From positions 1 through 64,000 of IMG/VR virus record IMGVR_UViG_3300037248_000024: 64,000 nt of DNA; one strand, given 5' to 3'. The stretch is from a virus. Numbering within the stretch: position 1 is the first letter of the stretch; every line of letters begins with the position of its first letter. Of the stretch, positions 1-8,941 are shown one piece after another. A program made the position numbers and the translations under genes. Below the pieces are notes generated by a model that worked only from the letters and a program-made list of their open reading frames with translations, was not told where the DNA came from and searched no databases.

Positions 1-1
1 C

Positions 2-916
2 GATGACGATGCCGCCGCCGCTCGTGCCGCCGCTGAGATCGCGGGGCTTCGCCGCCAGACCGGAGAGGCCGAACGCCGCGCCGCCGAGGCGGAAACCGCG
101 CGACACAATGCCGATGCCGCCAGACTGGACGCGGAACGCCGCGCCACAGCCGCCGTTCAGGGCGCCGAGGACACTGGCTACACCGCGATCAATACCGCGC
201 TGACCTCGTTGGCCCGCGAGAAAGAAGCCTTGATCGCGGAAGCAAAAACAGCGGGCGAGTCCGGCGACTATGGCCGGGGAGCGGAAATCAGCGCGCGGCT
301 TGGCGAACTCGGCGCCGAAATGCGGGACCTCTCGCGCGGGAAGGACGAACTGGAACGGGAACGCCAGACACGGTTGAACGCGCCGCCCGCGACGGCTCCG
401 GCGCCGCAACCGCCCGCGCCAACCTTCTCTAATCCGGCGGAGGGCGATATTCTTCGTGGTCTCCGGGCGCCGTCGCGGGAAGCCTTCCTCGCCAGCCGAT
501 CCCCGGCGACCCGCGATTTTCTCTACCAGCACCCCGAGTTTTTCACCGATGTCGCCGCGCATCAGCGGATGACGGGTGCGGAATCAATGGCGCGTGGGCG
601 TGGGCTTGCCTTAGACTCGCCAGCCTACTTCGATGCCATCAGGGAAGCAGCCAGCATGAACGCGCCAGCACCAGTAACGTCCCCGCCCACGCAACGGCAG
701 ACTACCGACCGTCCGGCTGACCGCACGGTTCCTCCGGCGGCGCCTCCATCGCGACAGGCGCAGGGGCCGAGCGGTCGGCAAACGAATAACGGCGAGGTTT
801 ATGTGAGCCGTGACGATCAAACGACGGCCGACTGGATGGGAGTCGATTCCGTCGAAATGGTGCAAGAAAGGGAAAGGCTCCGACAAATTGGAGCGTGGCC
901 GTATGCAAGAAGGTAA
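2..916 (+). CDS. Scaffolding-like coiled-coil protein (5' truncated by window edge)
   Basis: Frame 2 is open from the window start (DDDAAAARAAAEIAGLRRQ...) into the 209..916 ORF; A/E/R-rich helices, P-rich linker, position upstream of capsid genes. Confidence 0.55.
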   Translation, partial: DDDAAAARAAAEIAGLRRQTGEAERRAAEAETARHNADAARLDAERRATAAVQGAEDTGYTAINTALTSLAREKEALIAEAKTAGESGDYGRGAEISARLGELGAEMRDLSRGKDELERERQTRLNAPPATAPAPQPPAPTFSNPAEGDILRGLRAPSREAFLASRSPATRDFLYQHPEFFTDVAAHQRMTGAESMARGRGLALDSPAYFDAIREAASMNAPAPVTSPPTQRQTTDRPADRTVPPAAPPSRQAQGPSGRQTNNGEVYVSRDDQTTADWMGVDSVEMVQERERLRQIGAWPYARR

Positions 917-976
917 TGATAAATGCCCCGCCCCGCCAAACCCTTCATCTCCCTGACGACCTTAAAGGAAGCCCAC

Positions 977-1516
977 ATGCCGTCACGCACCGAATCCTTG
1001 CACGATCCGATCCAGTCCGAACTTCGCAGCAACCTACCGGACTGGGACAACATGACCGACGAACAGATCATGGAGTACATGTCCAATGATCTGGAGGAAG
1101 ACAAATATGCCGTAGCGCACCTCGCGCCGGATGGCATGTACTACCAATGGGCGCGCTGCGAGGTGTTCGGCAAGCCGGATAATGGCCGCATTTCCGAGAT
1201 GGAGCAGAAGGGCTGGCGCCCGGTTCCACAGTCGCGTCATGATGGCCGGTTCATGCCGCCCGGCACGTCCGGTCCGATCACGATGGACGGTCAGATGTTG
1301 TTCGAAATCCCGCATCGCGTGGCTCGCATCAAGCGCGAACTCGCTTCCAAGGTTGCCCGCAACAAGGTCGAGGACATGAACGCGCAACTGGCGTATGCTG
1401 GGCCAGGACAGGGGCCGCGTATCGCCAGAACGCCCGGCACGCCTCTCGTGCAGCGTCAGTCCGGCGCGACCCAGGGCATCGGCAAGGATGGCCGCATGGA
1501 AATGGTGGTGGAGTGA
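977..1516 (+). CDS. Conserved phage head-module protein
   Basis: AAGGAAG RBS before ATG 977; motif YQWARCE...GWRPV...DGQMLFEIP recalled from genes between scaffold and capsid. Confidence 0.55.
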   Translation: MPSRTESLHDPIQSELRSNLPDWDNMTDEQIMEYMSNDLEEDKYAVAHLAPDGMYYQWARCEVFGKPDNGRISEMEQKGWRPVPQSRHDGRFMPPGTSGPITMDGQMLFEIPHRVARIKRELASKVARNKVEDMNAQLAYAGPGQGPRIARTPGTPLVQRQSGATQGIGKDGRMEMVVE

Positions 1517-1917
1517 ACGACCTGGAACCGACCGGGCGGGAGGATGATGCGGCGATCTCCGCGTACCTTATAATACACCCAGATGGACCCGCGTTCGCCA
1601 CTTTAGCCGAACAAGATCGCAACCGGTGGCGTCACGCCTTTGGCGTCGCCAGGAAGATTACGCCGATATTCATCGTAACCGACATCCAAATGGATTTTTC
1701 CGAAACGTCGTTTCTCTATGCGATTTCTCTTCTCGGACGGCCACCGACAGATCAGGTCACCATCTACCACACTAACTATTCATTCCGGGCGGCCTACGAT
1801 TTGTGTCAAAAGTACAACTGCGCCAGAATCGAAATGCCGCGTGAGATGCTTGTGACGCGTTTCGCCTGGGGTGTGGCGTCGCGAGATGGAATGGCGTGGT
1901 CGGCACCTTCTGATTGA
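1513..1917 (+). CDS. Hypothetical protein (lower-GC insertion)
   Basis: GTGA overlap with upstream stop; more AT-rich codons. Confidence 0.45.
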   Translation: MNDLEPTGREDDAAISAYLIIHPDGPAFATLAEQDRNRWRHAFGVARKITPIFIVTDIQMDFSETSFLYAISLLGRPPTDQVTIYHTNYSFRAAYDLCQKYNCARIEMPREMLVTRFAWGVASRDGMAWSAPSD

Positions 1918-1927
1918 TATTAACCCC

Positions 1928-1957
1928 TTGACACCCACTCCGAACCTCCCGTAGTTT
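1928..1957 (+). promoter_or_regulatory. Sigma70-type promoter upstream of capsid genes
   Basis: TTGACA-N18-TAGTTT in intergenic DNA. Confidence 0.55.
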
Positions 1958-2065
1958 CCCCACGCTTAACCAGCATTCCGTCGCGGCGCTCGCGGCGGTC
2001 CCCCACCCAGGACGTTTCCGAACCGATGCCCGGTGACGAATCGCCCCGATGCGGAGACCGCCCCA

Positions 2066-2683
2066 TTGGCGACCAACACACAGGTCGAGTTCGGCTTTCA
2101 GCCGTTCGGCAGTTCAGCCGGTGTCACCCCCAACTTCGGCCTTCGCCGCGCCACCATCGCGTATAATTACGGCACCGCGCTCTACAAGGGCGATCCGGTG
2201 TCATTCAATAGTTCCGGCGTCATCGTCATCGCGCCGAACGCGAATGGCCAGATCGATGGCATCTTCTGGGGGTGCGAATATCAACCCTCGGGATCGGCCA
2301 CCGCGCTTCCGATCAAATCACCGACCTGGCCCGGCGTCGCGCTGACCAATTCCTCCGCGATCGTGACCTGCTTCATCATCGACGATCCCAACGTCCTGTT
2401 CCGCGCCGCCACTTTCGGCACGCTGAGCGGCGGCCTTACCCAGGCGTCGGTTGGCGACAACATCGAGTTCCATACCGGCACCGGCAACGCCACCACCGGG
2501 CTGAGCGGGTACACCATCGATGACGGCAACATCGCGACCACATCGACCTATCCGTTCAAGATCGTGGACCTCTATTCTACCTACGCGCCGCCCGGCGTGA
2601 ACGGTTCGGCGGCGAACCAATACAATTGGGCGATCGTCAAGATGAACAACTCGGGCCGTGCCGCTGGCACGACCGGCGTATAA
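2066..2683 (+). CDS. Capsid decoration/minor capsid protein
   Basis: GGAG then TTG start (MATNTQVEFGFQPFG); G/T/N-rich beta protein with DDPNVLF motif, directly before the MCP. Confidence 0.65.
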   Translation: MATNTQVEFGFQPFGSSAGVTPNFGLRRATIAYNYGTALYKGDPVSFNSSGVIVIAPNANGQIDGIFWGCEYQPSGSATALPIKSPTWPGVALTNSSAIVTCFIIDDPNVLFRAATFGTLSGGLTQASVGDNIEFHTGTGNATTGLSGYTIDDGNIATTSTYPFKIVDLYSTYAPPGVNGSAANQYNWAIVKMNNSGRAAGTTGV

Positions 2684-2697
2684 GGGAGCCCTGACAC

Positions 2698-3609
2698 ATG
2701 GCAATCAATGTCGCGGCCCTCTACGATCTGACTCGCCCCGGCCTTCGCGGGATCGAGGGCAAATACAAGATGATTCCTCGGCAATGGCCGAAGTATCTGG
2801 AGCGCGGAACCTCCAAGATGGGGATCGAGCGCACCGCCGAAGTCCGCTTCGTCAGCCTGCCGCAGTTGAAGTTCGAGGGCGGCGCCACGGCGATGGACAA
2901 CAACGCCGGCGAACGCTTCATCTTCAACCACGAAGCGTTCGAGATCGGCTTGGGTTACGCGATGACCCGCAAGGCCATCGCGGACAACCTCTACGAGTCG
3001 CAGTTTCCGGCATCGAATCTCGGGCTTCAGAACAGCTTCGAACAGGCCGAGGAAATCTATTCGGCCAACGTGCTGAACAGTTCGACGACCTATAACCCGA
3101 ACATCGGCGGCGATGGCGTGGCGCTCCTATCCACCGCGCATCCCATCGACGGCGGAACCTACGCCAACACCTTCACCACGCAGTTGGACCTGTCCGAGGC
3201 ATCGCTGTTGCAGGCGCTGACCAACATGCGGACCAACTTCGTCGATCAGGCCGGGTTGAAAGTCTTTGCCCGCGGCAAGAAGCTTCTGGTGCCACCAGCA
3301 CTGGAATGGGTCGCGGCCCGGTTGTGGCATTCCACGCTGCGCGTTGGGACCGGCGATAACGACCCCAACGCGATGCGGGTCACCGGCTCGCTGAGCGACG
3401 GTTACGACGTGTTGGACTTCCTGACATCGTCCACATACTGGTTCGTGCTGTCGAACATTCCGGGGTTGATCTTCCTGGAACGGGAACCGTTTGAGATGTC
3501 GATGGAAGTGGACTTTATCACAGATAACCTCTTGGTAAAAGGATATCAACGTTATTATGTCGGATACTACAATCCGCGGGCCGTTTTTGGAAGTACGCCA
3601 AGTACGTAG
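2698..3609 (+). CDS. Major capsid protein (HK97 fold, Mu gpT-like)
   Basis: 303 aa; GGDGVALLSTAHP, LLVPPALE and terminal YQRY-GYYNPRAVFGS motifs; strongly C/G-ending codons. Confidence 0.85.
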   Translation: MAINVAALYDLTRPGLRGIEGKYKMIPRQWPKYLERGTSKMGIERTAEVRFVSLPQLKFEGGATAMDNNAGERFIFNHEAFEIGLGYAMTRKAIADNLYESQFPASNLGLQNSFEQAEEIYSANVLNSSTTYNPNIGGDGVALLSTAHPIDGGTYANTFTTQLDLSEASLLQALTNMRTNFVDQAGLKVFARGKKLLVPPALEWVAARLWHSTLRVGTGDNDPNAMRVTGSLSDGYDVLDFLTSSTYWFVLSNIPGLIFLEREPFEMSMEVDFITDNLLVKGYQRYYVGYYNPRAVFGSTPST

Positions 3610-3786
3610 TCTACAGCACGGTTTTTCGGTCACGATTGCGGACCGAGTAAAACCAGACTTAAATTCGGATTAACTGGAACCGCCTGAAAAGACACAATGA
3701 TAAAAGAGTTTCACAAGTCGGACTGTTCTGTCATTATCCTCGCAGATCGGCGCCCGTGTCGGGTGTCGCGCGAGGAGACCAGAGAC

Positions 3787-4761
3787 ATGCTGACTTTGGA
3801 GCAATATCAAGAAATCCTGGACTACAACCCTCAGACGGGGCGGTTTACCTGGAAAGTCGCCGCTGGCGGTAAACTGGCTGGGCGACGGGCGGGTAGTTTC
3901 CGCAACAATAACTACGGAATCGTGATTGAGGGTAAGATTACCTCAGGTGCGCGGTTGGCGTGGCTTTTCACTCATGGTGAGTGGCCGCCAACTCCGGTTC
4001 GGTTTGTCAGCGACGATCACCGCGACATCAGCATCGCAAATCTACGTCTGTCGGTCTCCAACGCCACGCGAGACGCACAAAAGCGCGAGGATATAGCGCG
4101 GCGGGCACGCGAGCGCGGGGCAACCTGGGGGCGAGAGCCAACCCAAGCCAGACTTCACGAGTTGTTTGTGTACGTTCCGGCTACAGGAAAGTTCTTCTGG
4201 AAGCACTCCAGCCAAGGTCGTACGCTGGGTGAACCCGCCGGCAGTGTTGACAACGGCCATATGGTTCTTCGCGTTGACGGTGTGAGCCATCAGCAACAAC
4301 GGCTGGCATGGATTTATGTTCATGGCGCCGTGCCTGATGGTCAGCGACTTCGTTTCGACAATGGGAATGGCCTGGACTGTCGAATCAGCAACCTCCGGCT
4401 GGCTCGCACGAAGGATGAGTCTAACGCGCTTTACCATGCGCGTCATCCTGGGGCGCGACGTGAAAACAGCCTTCACAAGTATGAAGGCATGACCACCGCC
4501 CGATACGAAGAGATGTTCACCGCACAGGGCGGCGTCTGCATCGTATGTTCTCAGCCCGAAACTCAGAAGCGGCTCGGCAAGCTGCGCCCATTGGTAGTTG
4601 ACCATCACCACGATAGCGGGATCGTGCGTGGTCTTTTATGCAGTCGCTGCAATACCATGATTGGATACGCACGCGAGAATGCGGAGCATCTGCGTAAAGC
4701 CGCTGATTTTGTCGATGACCACGCCGCGAAACGCCTTGATAAGAAAGACACCGCCGCATGA
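3787..4761 (+). CDS. Free-standing homing endonuclease: two degenerate HNH-like repeats plus endonuclease VII domain
   Basis: Repeats LDYNPQTGRFTW..RLAWLFTHGEWP..NLR and FVYVPATGKFFW..RLAWIYVHG..NLR; C-terminal CIVC..VDHHHDSGIVRGLLCSRCN; GAGGAG RBS upstream of ATG 3787. Confidence 0.8.
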   Translation: MLTLEQYQEILDYNPQTGRFTWKVAAGGKLAGRRAGSFRNNNYGIVIEGKITSGARLAWLFTHGEWPPTPVRFVSDDHRDISIANLRLSVSNATRDAQKREDIARRARERGATWGREPTQARLHELFVYVPATGKFFWKHSSQGRTLGEPAGSVDNGHMVLRVDGVSHQQQRLAWIYVHGAVPDGQRLRFDNGNGLDCRISNLRLARTKDESNALYHARHPGARRENSLHKYEGMTTARYEEMFTAQGGVCIVCSQPETQKRLGKLRPLVVDHHHDSGIVRGLLCSRCNTMIGYARENAEHLRKAADFVDDHAAKRLDKKDTAA

Positions 4762-5675
4762 GCATCACCTCCCATCAAGGCCCCCTCTTCGTTCCCGGCG
4801 CCGGTCCCGCGATCGGCGGTGTCACGATCGACACCAACGACAGCGCGGGGCCGTCATGCTTCGCGCACGGCGTCGGCATCGTCGATACCCGTTTCGGTCC
4901 TTTCGGGGGCGCCGATATTACCGCTGTCCGCCCGGTCTGGTGGGGATCGGATTTCATCTGTGTCCTCGATCAGGTTCCCGCCGCGTTGAGCACGACCAAC
5001 ATCGTGGCCGCCGCCGTGCCGGTTGCCGGAACGCCGATGACCCTGGCCGGGGCGTCCACCGGCATCACGGTTCTCGCCACACCTCTGTCCATCATCGCGG
5101 GCCAGGTCTTTCCCGCGGGCGCGTTGATGATCGACGGCAACCCCGCTTTAATCACGTTGGCGGCGGTTGGCGGCGGGGTGTCGATGTACGATCCCCGCAC
5201 CATGTCGGCGCGGACGCTGCTGTTTACCTCAGCCGGTAACGACAGTTCCGCGACCGCGACCGTGGTTGGTCAGGACATGTACGGCTACACCATCCACGAC
5301 ACCGTGACGTTGACGAACGCATCAACGGTGGCGACGACGAAGGCATTCAAGTCGGTGCAGTCCGTCACTCCGGCTGGCACCTTGTCCGGGTCGAATCTGA
5401 GCGTGGGCGTCAATGATACCTATGAGTTCGGCCTGGCGGCATGGGAGTTCCAGTTCGTGCAAATCTACTGGAACAGCACGTTGATCTCGGCTTCGACGGG
5501 GTATACCGCGCCGGTTACCACGACGCCATCGGCTACGACCGGGGATGTGCGGGGCACTTACACCGTGCAATCGTCGTCCGATGGAACGAAGAAGCTTCAG
5601 ATGTTCGTCCGGCCACAACCATGGAATCTGGTCGCGACGGGTGCCAATAGCCTGTTCGGCCAGGTGCAGTTTTGA
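4758..5675 (+). CDS. Virion structural protein
   Basis: T/G/S-rich, ATTGDVRGTY motif, located in head module. Confidence 0.6.
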   Translation: MSITSHQGPLFVPGAGPAIGGVTIDTNDSAGPSCFAHGVGIVDTRFGPFGGADITAVRPVWWGSDFICVLDQVPAALSTTNIVAAAVPVAGTPMTLAGASTGITVLATPLSIIAGQVFPAGALMIDGNPALITLAAVGGGVSMYDPRTMSARTLLFTSAGNDSSATATVVGQDMYGYTIHDTVTLTNASTVATTKAFKSVQSVTPAGTLSGSNLSVGVNDTYEFGLAAWEFQFVQIYWNSTLISASTGYTAPVTTTPSATTGDVRGTYTVQSSSDGTKKLQMFVRPQPWNLVATGANSLFGQVQF

Positions 5676-5697
5676 CCCTCCCGTGTGAAGGAACACG

Positions 5698-6174
5698 ATG
5701 ATGAGTGAGCATACCGAATCCCACGAGGAGATGATGAAGCGGCACCGCGAGGAGCGGTCGCGTCATCGCGAGAAGGCCGAGAAGCGCGCGGCCGGTGGTG
5801 CCGCCACTCTGGCGCGCGGTGGTGAAGCCGCTCACAAGCGCCACGAGCACGAGAAGCTCGCCCGAGGCGGTCCCGCCAAGGACGAAGGCGGTATCGGCGA
5901 AGACGGTTCGATGAAGGGCATGGAGTCCTACACCGCCGGCGATCCCGATGTTGAGAAAGAGGCGGAACGCCGCGCCAGGGGCGGTCCCGTGATGAAGAAG
6001 GGCAAGATGCCGACGATGGTTCACGGTTCCGCGCCGCGCCACCACAGCAACCGGCCCGGCCGGAAAAGCGGCGGTTCCGTGGGGGCCGACTCGCATCCGA
6101 TGACGGAAGCCTCGAAACTGAAGATGCCGGAAGGGCTGAGCCGTGACGGCGGGGTCGATCGCGAAGACGATTGA
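5698..6174 (+). CDS. Charged, probably disordered protein with repeated xAxGG motifs
   Basis: RAAGG, LARGG x2, RARGG, RKSGG. Confidence 0.65.
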   Translation: MMSEHTESHEEMMKRHREERSRHREKAEKRAAGGAATLARGGEAAHKRHEHEKLARGGPAKDEGGIGEDGSMKGMESYTAGDPDVEKEAERRARGGPVMKKGKMPTMVHGSAPRHHSNRPGRKSGGSVGADSHPMTEASKLKMPEGLSRDGGVDREDD

Positions 6175-6231
6175 TCCGGTTGGGGACGGGGGAATCCAGG
6201 CTGAAACTCTCGTAACCGAAAGGATATTCTC

Positions 6232-6660
6232 ATGACCGATGCACCAAAAACCTGGGCCGACAGCGCGAAAGACATCACGACCTCCATCGCGCATTGGGCG
6301 CTTGCGGAGTGCGCGAAATCCGGCACCCGCTGGACCGAACTGACCGATGGGCATGATCTGATCATGACCGCGACCCGGATCGGCCACACCATGGCGGAAC
6401 GGCTCGGCATCCCGACGGGGGCGGTAACCCTGACGCCGGGCGATACCCTGGCGGCAACCCAGGCGCTGGCCAGGGACGGTGCCGTGCCGAGCGCGCCGCT
6501 GCCGATGCAAGAAGAGCCGGTGGTGATCTCAACGACGGTACCAGCGAGCGGGGCGGTGACCTCTGGGACGTCATTCTCGGCCGGCACCGTCACATCATCC
6601 ATCGTTGAGCCGGTCAGTTCGTCCACGGTCACTTCTGGAGGTTCCGCGACCACATCGTGA
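6232..6660 (+). CDS. Hypothetical protein
   Basis: AAAGGA RBS; S/T-rich C-terminus. Confidence 0.5.
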   Translation: MTDAPKTWADSAKDITTSIAHWALAECAKSGTRWTELTDGHDLIMTATRIGHTMAERLGIPTGAVTLTPGDTLAATQALARDGAVPSAPLPMQEEPVVISTTVPASGAVTSGTSFSAGTVTSSIVEPVSSSTVTSGGSATTS

Positions 6661-7238
6661 CCCATCCCGCCCAACATCTCGTCGATGCGTCTCGTAAGCG
6701 GCAACGCGCGTGGGTGGAAGGGCGCGCGCGTGGTGGGCGTGCCGACAGGCCGGGGAAGTTGAAGGGCGGGGCGTCGGAGAATCGGGAGTCGCAGTCCACG
6801 TCGTTGCCGCCCGATCCGCATATTGAGAACGAGAAGGCACCGATCGGACGGGCGCGGGGCGGACGGGCGGATGGGGGTTCAGCCAGTAATCCAGCCGACT
6901 GGACGCCTGAAAAACGTGAAGCCTGGGAGCGTGAGAGCAGAGACTTTCGTGAACAGACCTTGCCTTCGTTGGAACAGGAGCGTGATGCTACCGCGCAGGG
7001 CGAAAAGGCCCGAGGCGGCGAAATCGCCCGCACCCCTTCCGGCGGCGTAAAGGCCAGCGCGAGACACAAGGCGGAACGCGAGGGCCACACGATGAAGGGT
7101 GGTTCGTTCCCTATCCGAAACGCTTCTGACCTCGCCAACGCCAAGCACGATGTCGGCCGCGCGAAAGACCCTGCCGCGGCACGTCGCTGGATCAACCGAC
7201 GCGCCCGCGAACTCGGCGAACCGCCGTTGGGTGCGTAG
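6657..7238 (+). CDS. xAxGG-repeat protein with C-terminal DUF6582-like head-associated domain
   Basis: RARGG x2, RADGG, KARGG; C-terminal GSFPIRNASDLANA..GRAKDPAAARRWINRRARELG. Confidence 0.55.
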   Translation: MTHPAQHLVDASRKRQRAWVEGRARGGRADRPGKLKGGASENRESQSTSLPPDPHIENEKAPIGRARGGRADGGSASNPADWTPEKREAWERESRDFREQTLPSLEQERDATAQGEKARGGEIARTPSGGVKASARHKAEREGHTMKGGSFPIRNASDLANAKHDVGRAKDPAAARRWINRRARELGEPPLGA

Positions 7239-7240
7239 AC

Positions 7241-7585
7241 GTGGCCAATCCGACCTACATCCCGATCACGGCCACCGGCACATTCGATTACTGGGCTGAC
7301 TACACCCAGTCACCGTTCAATCTGTCCTATGCCATCGAGTTCGCATCCGGCACCACGGGCAGCTTCCTGCTGAACTACACGCTCGACGATCCCAACACGC
7401 AGCCGAATACGCCAAATTATGGTTGGACGCCGATCTGGATTCCCGATCCCATCAACGGCACGGCGCAGACGGCTTCGATCGGAGGCTACTATCAGTTTCC
7501 GATCCGTGGATTGCAGGCGATCTTCTCCGCGCTTGGTGGAACGGGCTCTGTCATGTTCGCCATCATTCAGGGCAACCCTTCATAG
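7241..7585 (+). CDS. Small virion structural protein
   Basis: Beta-rich composition, operon position, GTG start. Confidence 0.55.
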   Translation: MANPTYIPITATGTFDYWADYTQSPFNLSYAIEFASGTTGSFLLNYTLDDPNTQPNTPNYGWTPIWIPDPINGTAQTASIGGYYQFPIRGLQAIFSALGGTGSVMFAIIQGNPS

Positions 7586-7594
7586 GAGGGTGCT

Positions 7595-8311
7595 TTGGCG
7601 GCTTCAGGAACATGGCAATTCAATCCGGCGTTAGGCTCCATTGGCACATTTGCCTTTGGGCGGTGCGGGATAAGGCGCCCACAGATCACTATTGAGCACC
7701 TGACCGACATGCAGATGGCGGCAAACCTGGTGCTTGTGGATTGGAGTGTGGACCAACCAAATTTGTGGGGCGTTGTTCTCAACAGCTTTTCGATGGTCCA
7801 GGGAATGACCGAGTATACACTCCCGTCTCAGGTGCTTCTTGTCCTGGATGTTTTCCGGCGCACGACGGTCAGTGGCGTGGCCAACGATACGATCCTCTAC
7901 GGCGTGTCGCGTTCGGAATACGCTTCTTACCCGAATAAACTGATGCAGGCCCCGCCGACTGTTTATTGGGCCGATCGTGTCCAACCGATTCAGATGTCGT
8001 TCTATCCGACGCCGGATGGAAACGGGCCATACACCTTGTTTTATTACGCGGTCCAACAAGACCAGGACGCGGCGATTGCAACGGCGTTCACGGGTGGAAC
8101 GCAACTCAGCACGCCATATCGGATGCTCTCTGCTTTCGCGGACGCCCTGGCGGCGAAGCTGGCGCTGAGCTATCCGCCGCCAGCGCCGATGACCATAGAT
8201 ATTCTGGACAAAGTGGCGGCGCGATCTTACGCGGCGGCGCGGGCGACCGAAAATGAAAATGTCCCGATGTTCATTACGCCGGGACTTAGCAGCTACTACA
8301 ATCAAAGGTGA
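7595..8311 (+). CDS. Head-tail adaptor / tail tubular protein A-like
   Basis: AGGAGG RBS and TTG start; SRSEYASYPNK..PPTVYW..FYPTPD pattern. Confidence 0.7.
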   Translation: MAASGTWQFNPALGSIGTFAFGRCGIRRPQITIEHLTDMQMAANLVLVDWSVDQPNLWGVVLNSFSMVQGMTEYTLPSQVLLVLDVFRRTTVSGVANDTILYGVSRSEYASYPNKLMQAPPTVYWADRVQPIQMSFYPTPDGNGPYTLFYYAVQQDQDAAIATAFTGGTQLSTPYRMLSAFADALAAKLALSYPPPAPMTIDILDKVAARSYAAARATENENVPMFITPGLSSYYNQR

Positions 8312-8940
8312 CTCTCTTAATGGGCGCATATCCGTCCGGTGCGAATGGTTTCGCGAAGGTTAATCCGAGATTCCCGGATGCCTTCGCGATCTGCGATCGT
8401 TGCGGACAGAGGTACAATAAATCCGACCTCGTGTGGCAGCATGACTGGAGGGGGAACTCGTTACAGAACCTCCGTATTTTGGTCTGCAAGCGCAAATGTC
8501 TGGATATCCCGCAACCGCAACTCGCGGCCTACTCCCCGCCCCCCGACCCCATCCCGATCCGCGACCCTCGCCCCGACCTCTCCTACATGGGTCTGGCGCC
8601 AAATCCGGTCTACACGCAGGCACAAACGCAATCGTTCCCCGTGCTGGATGGCTACGGCAATCCAGTGCTGGATGGCTACGGCAACTGGGTCATCGGCACC
8701 GCCGGGACCTATGGCTATCTGTTGCAGGCCGGAACGGGGCGCACGCTGGTCAACTTCGACCTCCCGGCATCGTTCGGCCTCTGGATCAATCCGCTTGGTG
8801 GGTTGTGTTCACCGACCGCACCAAACTGCGTCTTCTATGCGCCAAACACCTATTTCGAGGAATTTGGCGAAGCGGCGAACAATGCCATAACCTACTGGAC
8901 GACCATCGCGGGGCTGTTGATCGTGGTCCAGAGTCAGTAG
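8308..8940 (+). CDS. Virion protein with N-terminal CxxC motifs
   Basis: AICDRCG..LVCKRKCLDIPQPQL..DPRPD; tandem VLDGYGN repeat at 8641-8685. Confidence 0.6.
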   Translation: MTLLMGAYPSGANGFAKVNPRFPDAFAICDRCGQRYNKSDLVWQHDWRGNSLQNLRILVCKRKCLDIPQPQLAAYSPPPDPIPIRDPRPDLSYMGLAPNPVYTQAQTQSFPVLDGYGNPVLDGYGNWVIGTAGTYGYLLQAGTGRTLVNFDLPASFGLWINPLGGLCSPTAPNCVFYAPNTYFEEFGEAANNAITYWTTIAGLLIVVQSQ

Positions 8941-8941
8941 C

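Noticed and set aside
5533-6821. Long antisense or alternate-frame ORFs (for example 5533..6510, 6021..6821, 21825..22697, 45355..46266)
   Set aside because: Shadow ORFs of GC-rich coding strands, with R/P-rich or motif-free translations
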